IMG/VR virus record: IMGVR_UViG_3300047277_000078
Location: 1 to 46,710 of that record
Reading direction: 5' to 3' (one strand)
Length of the DNA stretch: 46,710 nucleotides
Origin: a virus
Lineage: Duplodnaviria > Caudoviricetes
Part shown: piece by piece, positions 17,201-26,211 of the stretch
Numbering within the stretch: the stretch's first letter is position 1
How the letters are laid out: every line of letters starts with the position of its first letter
Program-made: the position numbers and the translations under genes
Notes under the pieces: generated by a model
Database searches by the model: none
Told to the model about the DNA's origin: nothing
Seen by the model: the letters and a program-made list of their open reading frames with translations, nothing else

Positions 17201-20200
17201 TTAGCTGCTTCGTCCGCAATACCTTGGGTTATTGCAGCTCTAGCCACTGTTTGATTTTTAGTAGCTATACGAAAATCTATTCCTATATCCTGGGAATTTA
17301 CTATAGTAGGAATACCAGTATTAGTTACTGTTCTTATATATGTAGGAGAAATAAAATATGGTATTACTGGTGGAACAGCTAAAGTAGCGTCTAATACCCA
17401 AGTAGTTGCTGTTAGTGATCCTGATTGTAAAAAGTTACCTAAAACAGTTAGTGTGGCTATATATGTTGTATATAAAGAAGATATATTATATGCAGTAGTT
17501 TTTGTTTTTAAGACCGTTAATTCAGCTAGGGAGGCATCCCAATAACCTCTAATTGTTTGTAGCTCGTCTAGCGATATAAATTTATCTGATAAAATATTAT
17601 CTAATCCTGCTACTACATTATTAGCCGTTTCTAAGGCGATAGCTGCTTCAGTGGCAGCGGTAGTTGCAGCTAATGTAAGTTCAGAAGCCGAAATACCATT
17701 AATATTAGCTGTTATATTAGCAGCACCTCCCTGCCTATTCCAGCCATTTGTACTAGAAACAGGGCCAGTACCCGTAATAATAGCAGTAGATTTAATTCCA
17801 TCATTAGATAAACGAGAGGCTATAATACCAACTTTGTAGCTCTTATCTGCCGGAACACCAATAACTTTATAAGAGTATGTTTCTTGTAAATTAATACCAG
17901 AAGAATTTACTGGTGTAACATCTAATTTTATCCCATCAATTAATATAGCTGAATCTATCGTAGGCTGACTAATATCAGTTAAAGTGACTTCGATTGCATA
18001 TAAAGTAAAAGTTTCTGCTTTAACTACCCCTTGTAGATAATTCCAAGTTATAGTTATATCAACAGTACCTATTGTACTACTATTAGCTACTATAGCATTA
18101 CTAGATGGTACAGAAGGTACATTACTTGGTATAGCAATAGATGTGTAATTTTTAGTGGATAATGCGGTAATATTAGCCCTAGCCGATAAAAAACTTGTAT
18201 TAATAGCTCTCCAACTAACGCCCACAGCAGAATTAACATCTATACCTTTATTAGTTACATTACCCAAATAAGTGTCTGTTAGAAAGTATGGTGTAGTTAT
18301 ATTAGTAATTGCTGTTATTGACGGTATTGCCCCAACTTTTGTACACCATGTAGCTATAGCAGGACTTACATTAGTTTCAGTTAGTATATTACCTGTATTT
18401 AAGAAATTACCTAATTGGTATAATGCAGTTAGATAGGTTACTTTTATTGGTGTTAGATATGTACTAGAACATTGTGCTTCTAAATTAGCCTTTTCATTTA
18501 CGTATGTTCCCCAGTTACCTTTTATAAGCTGCAATTCTAATAAAGAAATATTTCCATCAGATAACATGGTGTCTAATGAGGAAGCAGCATAAGCTATGGT
18601 TGCTACACTTACAGCATTTTTAGCAACTAAAAAATCTTTATAGGCAGCCCTATAGGTAGAACCTGTATTATCATCTATATGTAAACCAGAATTAGTTACG
18701 AGCTTTATAAAAGTATCAGATATAAAATTAGGTACTACTAATATTACAAGCGTAGTTGTAGTTACACCATTTAATGTAGTAGACGTATAAGTACACCAAG
18801 GAGTAGGTATGCCTGTATTAGAATTTGCAAGAGGATCACCCGTATTTAAAAAATTACCTAAATGGTAGAAAGCACTTAAATAGGCTAATCGTTCTGCTGG
18901 AAGTAGGTTATCAACACATTGTTTTTCAATACTAGATTTTTCTGTTGTAAATACATCCCAGGCAGATCGCATCATCTGTAGTTCAGGTAGTGAAATATTT
19001 TTATCCGATAACATATTAGTTAAAGCTAATACAGAGGTATCTGATACTGCTTTAATAACTTTAGACCTCTCAGTATAATAGTTAGTAAATACACTTCTAA
19101 AACTTTCTGGTGTATTAGGTGCTGTAAGTAAAGTATCTTTAGCTAATTCTGTAGCATCTTTTAGCCATAAAGGGGGTGTTGCTGTTACTAACCATACCCA
19201 AGCAGTACCACCATTTAAATAGGTAGCTACAGCTAATAAAGCTGTATAGTAAGCAGCAGAAGATACACTAGCATAAGATGCTTGTGCTTCAATTACTGTT
19301 TTTTCATTATATATAATATTCCATTCTTTGAGTAGCGCAGACTTTTCTATAGGACTAACATTAGCATCATCCGCCATTTTAATTATAGCTTCATTAGCTA
19401 ATTTAGCTTTTGCGTCAGCTACGCCGGACATACCTTCTAATAAAGTAATTTTAGCTTTTGTACATGTAGCTAATAAAGCTTTACATGTGGTAGCAGTAGT
19501 AGCAGATACTATTAATCCTGTATTATCTGTAACTACGGTAGCACCATTTACGATATTACTAGAGGTAGGAAATTTAATATAAGAGTCATTAAGATAATAA
19601 GGAACATTAGATATTATTTGATTAATATTGGTAATTACATTTGAGGTAATAGGCCAAACTATCCACGTATTTTCTGCCTTGCCGTTATTAAAGAAATTGC
19701 CTAAATCCCTGATGCTACTAATGTAATCTGCTGCTAAGACAGGTATATTATATATAGCTAATGCTTTAGGATATAAACTAACAATTTCTGATATTATTTG
19801 ATCCCATATAACCCTAATATCCTGTAATTCACTTCTTATAAGTATGTTATCTGCTAAATCATTAGTTAAGGTTGCCTGTGCGGCATAACCAAAAGTATAT
19901 GCGTCAGTTATTTCTGTGGCTAGTGCTGAGGTTAAATCGGTATCAGCTACTTTAGCTGTAGTACCTAAAATACCTATTGTATTACTTAAAGGATAGTAAG
20001 AAGAATAGTTTCCTGTAGTATCGACGGAGCGAATCCAGAAATAACCAGATAAGCCAGCAGCTAGTTTATGAAAACTATAAAAGTTACCACTAGATATTGC
20101 TACTTTGACTGCTCCAGGTACGGTAGGATTAGTAGTAGCAGCAAAGTTAGAAGTAAAATTAAACCATATCTCTGTTTCTTTTAAATCTACACAAACTGTG

Positions 20201-23200
20201 TTATCTGTATTAGTAGTAGGATTTTGCCAACCTAAACTGACTATACTAAAACCAGAGGTAGCAACTAACGCTGTTGGGGCATTAGGAGCAATAGAATCCC
20301 CATTAGCTATAATAGTAACTTCATTTGTATATAAACTATGTGCATCAACCAGATTAGCTCTAACTTTAACCTTATATGTCTTACCAATTAGAATATTAGA
20401 ACTTTGTATAAATAATTCACTGGTATCTAAATATGTATAAACTAATGGTAGAATATTTGCATCAGCTATACCTAAAGTATACGAAGATACTTTATCTAAG
20501 ACCGCTTCTTTAGTGCCTACGGCAGGAGTTGTACTAGGAGTCCACGTAGCACGTAAAGTCGTAAAAGTTTCACCAGATATTTGCTGTGCTTGTGTCTGTG
20601 TTACTACTAAATCTGTAGGTATATGTGGTGTTAAAAATACACCTGTAGTAGTATCTTTAGCTAGAATTAAAAGAAATTCTGATGACCAATTTAGTCCTAT
20701 ATCTGAGTAATTATCAGCTAAAGCTATTTTTACGTAGTAAGTGCCGTATGTCGGTGAAGTTATAGTAAAGCCGTCATGATATTGACTAGCTATGCCTTTA
20801 TAAAACCAAGTAGCAGGTACTGGATCAAAATCAGGGGTAACACTAGCGGCTAATATAAATTCTGATATATCGGATGGTATAGTACATGTAGCTAAATTAA
20901 CTATTATAGCTTTATCAAAACCTGTTATTAACGCTTCCGTTAAAACTATAGGAGCAGGATTAGTAAAATTAACTGCAACAGGAAGGCTAGTTGATCCTGT
21001 TATATCCCTAGAATATATTTTTAATTTAAACGCTCTAGGTGTTGTACCAAAATCAGATTTTATTTGACTTTTAGGGTATTGTGTAGTCACCCCTTTATAA
21101 TTAGGAGTTTTTAAATTATAGTTAATAATATAGTCATTATACATAGTAAGACCGTCCTCACTATATACTTCTACTACATAATCCTTTAGTTTATCTGTTT
21201 TATCATCATTTTCTATGGGATATTCCCAACTAATAGGGGCATCTTGAGAACTAAAAATAGTATCTAAGGTATCTGTTACAAAAATATTAATAGGAGGGAG
21301 TAGTGAGGAACTCATATCTAATTTATAAGTATAGGAACCTACAATACGACTAGATTTCATCTTAAACATATTTACTGCTTGTAAAGATACTTCATAAGTA
21401 CCACTAATAGCATTTTGTATGTCAAAAGTATTATCTTTTATATTTTCTACATAAGTAAAATTCTCTTTGTGTTTTCTATAACCTAAAGTATAACTATCTA
21501 TAACTGTATTAGCATCCCAGCTAACTCTTAAAACAGAGGCACCTACTACGCCATTAGTTCTATGACCTTCTACTATAGTTAATCCTGTAGGAGTAGATAC
21601 TGTAGTAGTTATTTTAGTATATATAGGGGGGTCAACAATAATGCCGTATTCAATAGCAGCATATTTAGCTGGATCATAAAATACAGCAGAAATAGTATAA
21701 ACTCCCCGGCTAGATTCTGTTATATTTCCTATTCTAAATTGTCTGGCTACTAATGTACCTACTTTATAAATATAATACTCATGGTTAGTGTAGTCACCGC
21801 TAATAGTACCCGCGACTGTAACAGAGGTATAAGTACCTGTAGATTGTAATAAAGGTATTTCTATAATATTATCATAAGTAATATTATTTACTGCTAGTAT
21901 CCAACCAGAGCCTGTTAAAGATACGGGAGTATCTAAAATAATAGTAGTACCGATAGAGCTGACTATACGCCCACCAAAAAATTCTGTATCAGAACTAATA
22001 AAGTCGTTATCCATGATTGATACGACATCACCTACGGATAGATCAACTATATTTAAACTCATACTAAATGCTACTTGATCTGCTTGGTGCATAGCAGTAT
22101 ATAAAGTCCATTTTGCTAATCTTCTTGCGGCTGTTTCAGTAACTACACCAAAAGCTACTGTATCCGACATGATAAAACCAAATTTAGCTATACCGGCATT
22201 ATCTTGCTCACTTATTGTCCTAGGTAAATAATCATTTGTTCGTTCATTAAAAGTTACATTAGCTACAGTAGGTCGGGTTGTACTAGAATCGGTAGAGTAA
22301 CTAAATGCACCTTGTATTACATTTGAATTATTAATAACTTTACTTGGTAAAGTAGGTCTATCTTGTATTAATGTTATAGTATCGCCTGTAATAGCTATAT
22401 TAGCTCTCATAGTAGAAGCTACTGCATGTAATAATTGCCAAGCGTCTTGTTGTGTTTGTATTACAGCATTAAATGTATATCTAGTTTCCATACCACCAGA
22501 AGCAGTATGACCATCTACTAAAGTAGTACCATCAGGAATTAGTTGATCGCAATAAACCGCTGCATCATAGAAAGCCCATTTATCTACTAGAAGTTCAGTG
22601 TTTAAATAACTTTTTACCCCATATCGCTCATTAACTAATAGATCATATAAACACCAAGCAGGGTTATCCGTCCAAGCGTATTTAAAAGTACCGTTCCACA
22701 AACCAGTATACGTTTTTGTTATAGGAGAATAGTTACTAGGAATCCGTATAATTAAGCCTTTTACATCATAACCTCTTGCAGGTATAGAATTACCTACTGA
22801 TTCTGCTGATACTGTTACACCAACAATAGCAGTATCTGGATAAGTTTCTATTTGATCTACAATTTGTGTCTGACGAATAACTTTAAAGGCACCTTTATCT
22901 TTTACAGTATCCATAGGATCATTAGAAGTACGCCTAACTCTATATGCCCAGCCACCTAATTTATTTACATCTGGATTAAGTAGTTTAAAGTCCATTTCAA
23001 AAGAACTTACTGCCTTACCTTCAATAACTTGTACCAATACCTCTTTAAATGTGCCGTTAGGAAGTGACCGCGTATCCATAGCTATACTAACAGTAGAACC
23101 ATGTAAATCACCTGGGGGTATAACTAATTTAGTTAGCCCTTCAAAGAAATTTAAAGTTACAATAACAGCGTCTACATTTGTTTCTGCTATAGTACCTGTA

Positions 23201-24942
23201 TAAGGTACAGCAGTACCTGGATTAGCTGCCATATATAAAGATAAATATTGGTCAGATAAGTTCTTATATGTCGCTTGCGCATCAGCATCGGCCGTCCAGG
23301 GCCTATTCATAGGAATACCATATCGAGCTATATGTGCTACATTAAATATACCTAATACTTTTTCCCATATATCATCGTCACTTTGCCCACTTATGTAGGT
23401 AGTAGGTATAGCTCCTATATTACTAGAGCCATTTTTTACAGTAGAAGCATCTATAGCAGTTATAGATTCTATATCAGTAAAGCCTGGAATAGCTGTTTGA
23501 TCTGGTAAACCTAGTCTAATATCTAAAAATACATTAAAGAAATTATCTGTCCCATCTACATTTTGTACTCTAGTATTATTAAAATATACTCCTTGTAGTG
23601 TAGAAGATAATGCTTCAATCGTATTTTGTCCAATTTCTATGTTTTTAATTCCTGCACTTCTACTAGCCTGAGATGCTATAAAATATAGACCTCTACCTGC
23701 TGTAGTTAACTTAGTACGTATAGTTGCGCCATTTCTTTTGTAGATTACAGAGGTAGCACTATATTCTATAGAAAATACAGTTTCTAATGTAGTAGATGCT
23801 TGACTTGTTCCTTTATGTACACCAGATTCATATATACTATAAGTAGAATCATCATTACAACGTATGCCAAAATCAACTGAATTAAAGGCAGCCAAAGAGG
23901 CGGCAGCAAGAGCAGCTTCACTTACTTGTCCTGTAATAGTATTAAAATTAGAAATATTAGAGGTAAGCCCAACTATTTGTACTTTATCTACTGTACTAAA
24001 CTGCCAACGAATTACTAAACTTCCTATAACGGTAGTAGGGCTATAACAACCTGCATCATAAGTTTCATAGACTGACTGAGGACTTTTAATACAACCAGAT
24101 AATGTAGTTAAACCAGTATCTGAGAAGGACATTAAGCCAGGTTCTTCCGTAGTAGCTGACGTAGGTAAAATTGTCATTACTGTAGGTGAAGAACTAATAG
24201 GAACTAATGTATAAGTAGTAGGGTGAAAAACTTTACCGATAGTTCCCCCACTCAATCCGACTAAACCTTCAATAGGACCTTCAGAAAGTATTTCTAATGT
24301 TCTAGCTACAGCACTAGATTGTATTGTATTAGGGTCTTCTACTGGGGCGCGATTAGAGGCTGTTTTCCCCCCACCACCATTATGAACTCTAGTCCAATTA
24401 GTACCATCACCAACAAAGTAAGTATGTTGTGGAATAACTTCAAAGTTATATACTTTATAACTATCTATTAAGCTATCAAAAGGTGTTATAGCTATAGAAG
24501 TAATAGTTACAGTATCTCCGTCTAAATTTACTAAAGTATCTCCTACTTTAAATACTTTAGCTTCTGTATGCTCATTAGTTTCTTTATTATAAAGTGCATG
24601 ATTACCTGTACAATCAGGTAGAGTATAAGTGAGTCCTTTAGTATCTAATAAAGTAAAGGTATAAATATCTTCACCATTTACCTCAGCTTTATCATGTATA
24701 TATGTTTGTGTAACTAAACCATGTTCTAAATTACCATACCTATCATAAGATATAACTAAATCACCTGAACGAACTTCTTGTATTGGTGTATAACCTTTAG
24801 CAGTACGTACTAAAGTATTATAAGCAAAACAACTACCACCACCACCACCACTACCAGAAATAACATCAGCACCTTGTAATGAAATTAAAGTATTTAATTC
24901 TGCTTCTGTTTCTAAATAGTTTAAACCATAATACTTTATCAT
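14293..24942 (-). CDS. J: Giant tip attachment / central fibre protein J (3549 aa) with an N-terminal Hint domain
   Basis: LSEGPIEGL, YPDTAIVG, W.GTFK.AWTDNPAWCLYDLL..ERYG, DKWAFY.AA.YCDQL and ARRLAKW.LYT are lambda gpJ motifs. Confidence 0.95.
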   Translation of the reverse strand: MIKYYGLNYLETEAELNTLISLQGADVISGSGGGGGSCFAYNTLVRTAKGYTPIQEVRSGDLVISYDRYGNLEHGLVTQTYIHDKAEVNGEDIYTFTLLDTKGLTYTLPDCTGNHALYNKETNEHTEAKVFKVGDTLVNLDGDTVTITSIAITPFDSLIDSYKVYNFEVIPQHTYFVGDGTNWTRVHNGGGGKTASNRAPVEDPNTIQSSAVARTLEILSEGPIEGLVGLSGGTIGKVFHPTTYTLVPISSSPTVMTILPTSATTEEPGLMSFSDTGLTTLSGCIKSPQSVYETYDAGCYSPTTVIGSLVIRWQFSTVDKVQIVGLTSNISNFNTITGQVSEAALAAASLAAFNSVDFGIRCNDDSTYSIYESGVHKGTSQASTTLETVFSIEYSATSVIYKRNGATIRTKLTTAGRGLYFIASQASRSAGIKNIEIGQNTIEALSSTLQGVYFNNTRVQNVDGTDNFFNVFLDIRLGLPDQTAIPGFTDIESITAIDASTVKNGSSNIGAIPTTYISGQSDDDIWEKVLGIFNVAHIARYGIPMNRPWTADADAQATYKNLSDQYLSLYMAANPGTAVPYTGTIAETNVDAVIVTLNFFEGLTKLVIPPGDLHGSTVSIAMDTRSLPNGTFKEVLVQVIEGKAVSSFEMDFKLLNPDVNKLGGWAYRVRRTSNDPMDTVKDKGAFKVIRQTQIVDQIETYPDTAIVGVTVSAESVGNSIPARGYDVKGLIIRIPSNYSPITKTYTGLWNGTFKYAWTDNPAWCLYDLLVNERYGVKSYLNTELLVDKWAFYDAAVYCDQLIPDGTTLVDGHTASGGMETRYTFNAVIQTQQDAWQLLHAVASTMRANIAITGDTITLIQDRPTLPSKVINNSNVIQGAFSYSTDSSTTRPTVANVTFNERTNDYLPRTISEQDNAGIAKFGFIMSDTVAFGVVTETAARRLAKWTLYTAMHQADQVAFSMSLNIVDLSVGDVVSIMDNDFISSDTEFFGGRIVSSIGTTIILDTPVSLTGSGWILAVNNITYDNIIEIPLLQSTGTYTSVTVAGTISGDYTNHEYYIYKVGTLVARQFRIGNITESSRGVYTISAVFYDPAKYAAIEYGIIVDPPIYTKITTTVSTPTGLTIVEGHRTNGVVGASVLRVSWDANTVIDSYTLGYRKHKENFTYVENIKDNTFDIQNAISGTYEVSLQAVNMFKMKSSRIVGSYTYKLDMSSSLLPPINIFVTDTLDTIFSSQDAPISWEYPIENDDKTDKLKDYVVEVYSEDGLTMYNDYIINYNLKTPNYKGVTTQYPKSQIKSDFGTTPRAFKLKIYSRDITGSTSLPVAVNFTNPAPIVLTEALITGFDKAIIVNLATCTIPSDISEFILAASVTPDFDPVPATWFYKGIASQYHDGFTITSPTYGTYYVKIALADNYSDIGLNWSSEFLLILAKDTTTGVFLTPHIPTDLVVTQTQAQQISGETFTTLRATWTPSTTPAVGTKEAVLDKVSSYTLGIADANILPLVYTYLDTSELFIQSSNILIGKTYKVKVRANLVDAHSLYTNEVTIIANGDSIAPNAPTALVATSGFSIVSLGWQNPTTNTDNTVCVDLKETEIWFNFTSNFAATTNPTVPGAVKVAISSGNFYSFHKLAAGLSGYFWIRSVDTTGNYSSYYPLSNTIGILGTTAKVADTDLTSALATEITDAYTFGYAAQATLTNDLADNILIRSELQDIRVIWDQIISEIVSLYPKALAIYNIPVLAADYISSIRDLGNFFNNGKAENTWIVWPITSNVITNINQIISNVPYYLNDSYIKFPTSSNIVNGATVVTDNTGLIVSATTATTCKALLATCTKAKITLLEGMSGVADAKAKLANEAIIKMADDANVSPIEKSALLKEWNIIYNEKTVIEAQASYASVSSAAYYTALLAVATYLNGGTAWVWLVTATPPLWLKDATELAKDTLLTAPNTPESFRSVFTNYYTERSKVIKAVSDTSVLALTNMLSDKNISLPELQMMRSAWDVFTTEKSSIEKQCVDNLLPAERLAYLSAFYHLGNFLNTGDPLANSNTGIPTPWCTYTSTTLNGVTTTTLVILVVPNFISDTFIKLVTNSGLHIDDNTGSTYRAAYKDFLVAKNAVSVATIAYAASSLDTMLSDGNISLLELQLIKGNWGTYVNEKANLEAQCSSTYLTPIKVTYLTALYQLGNFLNTGNILTETNVSPAIATWCTKVGAIPSITAITNITTPYFLTDTYLGNVTNKGIDVNSAVGVSWRAINTSFLSARANITALSTKNYTSIAIPSNVPSVPSSNAIVANSSTIGTVDITITWNYLQGVVKAETFTLYAIEVTLTDISQPTIDSAILIDGIKLDVTPVNSSGINLQETYSYKVIGVPADKSYKVGIIASRLSNDGIKSTAIITGTGPVSSTNGWNRQGGAANITANINGISASELTLAATTAATEAAIALETANNVVAGLDNILSDKFISLDELQTIRGYWDASLAELTVLKTKTTAYNISSLYTTYIATLTVLGNFLQSGSLTATTWVLDATLAVPPVIPYFISPTYIRTVTNTGIPTIVNSQDIGIDFRIATKNQTVARAAITQGIADEAAKKAIWESITTTTGKKPVDNATKNIITVQLNAPTIDVTDNTLSVPANSSVGDICYATSLGRTYARRAVDWIIQASNNNSYTCLGTPLVSLGVDGDLCYSTDTGILYTKIANVWKAGASYTIYSSGTSDPLVTTTGTKGDIYFQSTSGVTFIHNGKAGVAPNDNVWVATSDKTSLNISKDTAQVNGVPAKTLTDNVAAIGVSIDAMVNDNVISTLEKAIIRKEWDNIILERGNLTSLCLSYSIAIPSTYATALGNLGSFLNTGVAGSWLNPLTNTTVPIYINNTNINVETAITAQSGIDFRTYAQNYYIQKEALGKIVNDYIYGNEPNFTVNAAPSSGISITLLNNTTINASQTGTGNVNVTLSWTYTQGTYKADSFTLYCIVNATAIPTSVPTASSPVLAVVDGNTRSYTVTGIPIEGNYSVSICPSRQTSSGIIYGLLYGPWIRAGISSTFVTSVDSYTSVAIPSVLPVLSSVSQSSASSTGTVDVTLTWTYQQPATGVSAETFTLYAVEGLVVPTIASTVLVAGIAADPTKLNKAYTYKVLGVPIDKAYQVGITASRLSGSGIKSTAIVTGWTKAAGVPNITATIAGIAAATVVSNASAALDVAATIASFTTEAAPNGALPILGSMTISPVSALGLVDITIAWTYTQGTIEADSFILYIKDGAYYVAAIPYNYPGMAGSSTVSVPILYKGTATFSTYYQFIGVAVDKSYCIGVAACKSSSNGDYIAGIQRGPTWSKAAVTATMSGTAISTVVSGAASGTTLASKTNIAAAANNPTVSILNNLISLSAAGVLSGGSAVTHAITALPNANVAGLGAFATAGQLTTTTVLSTYFAPGTMGQQTFVKGVNTSTNISLVLSIDGNKQDIIVEAGFTLVGASGTGGTTSVDVGITSNATTATPTTLIATYTMANFPVIPTGTKGGFITKATVTPTIAGTTNFTLTFTLVSTNNVGVTSNAMIEFPWFSLTVHRV
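24379..24831 (-). other. Hint (intein-like) domain, 151 aa, C38 to N188 of gpJ, no homing endonuclease
   Basis: Block A CFAYNTLV, block B TGNHALY, blocks F/G VYNFEV..QHTYFV...VHN; the +1 residue is Gly. Confidence 0.92.
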
Positions 24943-25511
24943 TTTACTTGTATCCGTTCTGTTGTAATACCGGCTGATATAATTACTGATCCTGCTAGAT
25001 GACGACCATATATTAATGGTACTGGACCGCCTTGTTCTACAACATTGACAGCACCGTTAAAGATAAAGGAGGGTTTTTGTGCTATAGGTTCCGCGTTAGC
25101 ATAATTATCTACTTTAGGTGAGTTATTTGACATCATCATAGTAACAGCCCCATAGATAAGTAAACCTATTAATCCACCTAATATAGCTGCACCAATCCAG
25201 CCTATAACACTACCACCACCACTACCTTGTACAACCGGAAATATATGTAATTCTGTTTCTGGGAGTAGTAAATTTAATTCTTTTTCAGTTATAAATGTAT
25301 CTTCTTTGGTTGGTTCATCACCTATAACAACTAATTTACCTTTAGTTATATGCCATAAGCCTGTCCTTATTGTTTTTTTAAAACTTTGACCTAGATTACA
25401 AAACAATCCCTGCATAGCATCATTTACTGACGTAGCATATAAAGTTATAGGTTCTCTCCCATAAGTATTACCTAAACTACCATGAAAATTTATACTAAAT
25501 ACTTGTTCCAT
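24939..25511 (-). CDS. I: Tail assembly protein I (ubiquitin-like N-terminal domain)
   Basis: LHIFPVVQGSG; SFIFNGAVN..EQGGPVPLIYG...GS.IISAG. Confidence 0.92.
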   Translation of the reverse strand: MEQVFSINFHGSLGNTYGREPITLYATSVNDAMQGLFCNLGQSFKKTIRTGLWHITKGKLVVIGDEPTKEDTFITEKELNLLLPETELHIFPVVQGSGGGSVIGWIGAAILGGLIGLLIYGAVTMMMSNNSPKVDNYANAEPIAQKPSFIFNGAVNVVEQGGPVPLIYGRHLAGSVIISAGITTERIQVK

Positions 25512-25512
25512 C

Positions 25513-26211
25513 TTATCCTCTATATTCCAAAATAAGTTTTATATGTTTTTTCCATTTATTTATACTGTCATTACAAGATATTCTATCACGTAAATGATGT
25601 AAAAAGGTAATAGAATCTTGTACAATACCTATATGATTTACTAATGTATTACCTATATTTAATAGAAGAATATCCCCTGACTGTAGTATTCTATTCTTCT
25701 CTTTCTCTATAAATCCGCAGTTGATGAAATGTTGTTCAATATACATAGGATTCCAATCTTCCCAATTAGCTGGGCGAGGATGTAAGCCAAAATCTATATT
25801 TCTATTTAATCTATAGTAGTCCCTAGCTAATGTAAAACAATCTGTAACATTAGGAATATAGCTTCTATCCAATAATGGTAAAATATTTCTTGTATTAAAC
25901 CATAGTATATCTGTTGTATTATACCCGTCACAATGTACAATTCCATAAGCCGTACCAGAATTTTCTGCGCTAAGCATATCAGCATAAGATGGTGTTCTTG
26001 GATCACCACTATACTTTGCCATACAATGTGAATGTATTACAGGCAAGTCTAAATAACGTAAACTATCTTCCTGACTAAATTTAAAAGTGTTTACTGGATC
26101 ATCTGCTACATTAGTAACAGGTATAAATATATTATTACGTATAACTCCGCACATTTCCTGTGGATAACAATCTATAGTATGTTTTTCTAGTTCAGTTATA
26201 TTAAGTATCAT
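25513..26211 (-). CDS. K: Tail assembly protein K (JAB + NlpC/P60)
   Basis: P.EMCG, HSH...PS.AD; DC..LARDYY, NHIGI, LHH. Confidence 0.93.
   Translation of the reverse strand: MILNITELEKHTIDCYPQEMCGVIRNNIFIPVTNVADDPVNTFKFSQEDSLRYLDLPVIHSHCMAKYSGDPRTPSYADMLSAENSGTAYGIVHCDGYNTTDILWFNTRNILPLLDRSYIPNVTDCFTLARDYYRLNRNIDFGLHPRPANWEDWNPMYIEQHFINCGFIEKEKNRILQSGDILLLNIGNTLVNHIGIVQDSITFLHHLRDRISCNDSINKWKKHIKLILEYRG

Noticed and set aside
24379-24831. Canonical mobile intein with homing endonuclease
   Set aside because: Only 151 aa, no LAGLIDADG or HNH motifs, and the +1 residue is Gly.
4399-24942. Diversity-generating retroelement or invertible fibre cassette
   Set aside because: No reverse transcriptase or invertase, and no TR/VR-like nucleotide duplication noticed; the fibre repeats are diverged at protein level.
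25827-26009. Alternative-frame ORF inside gene K
   Set aside because: Nested out of frame in a conserved gene with no independent support.
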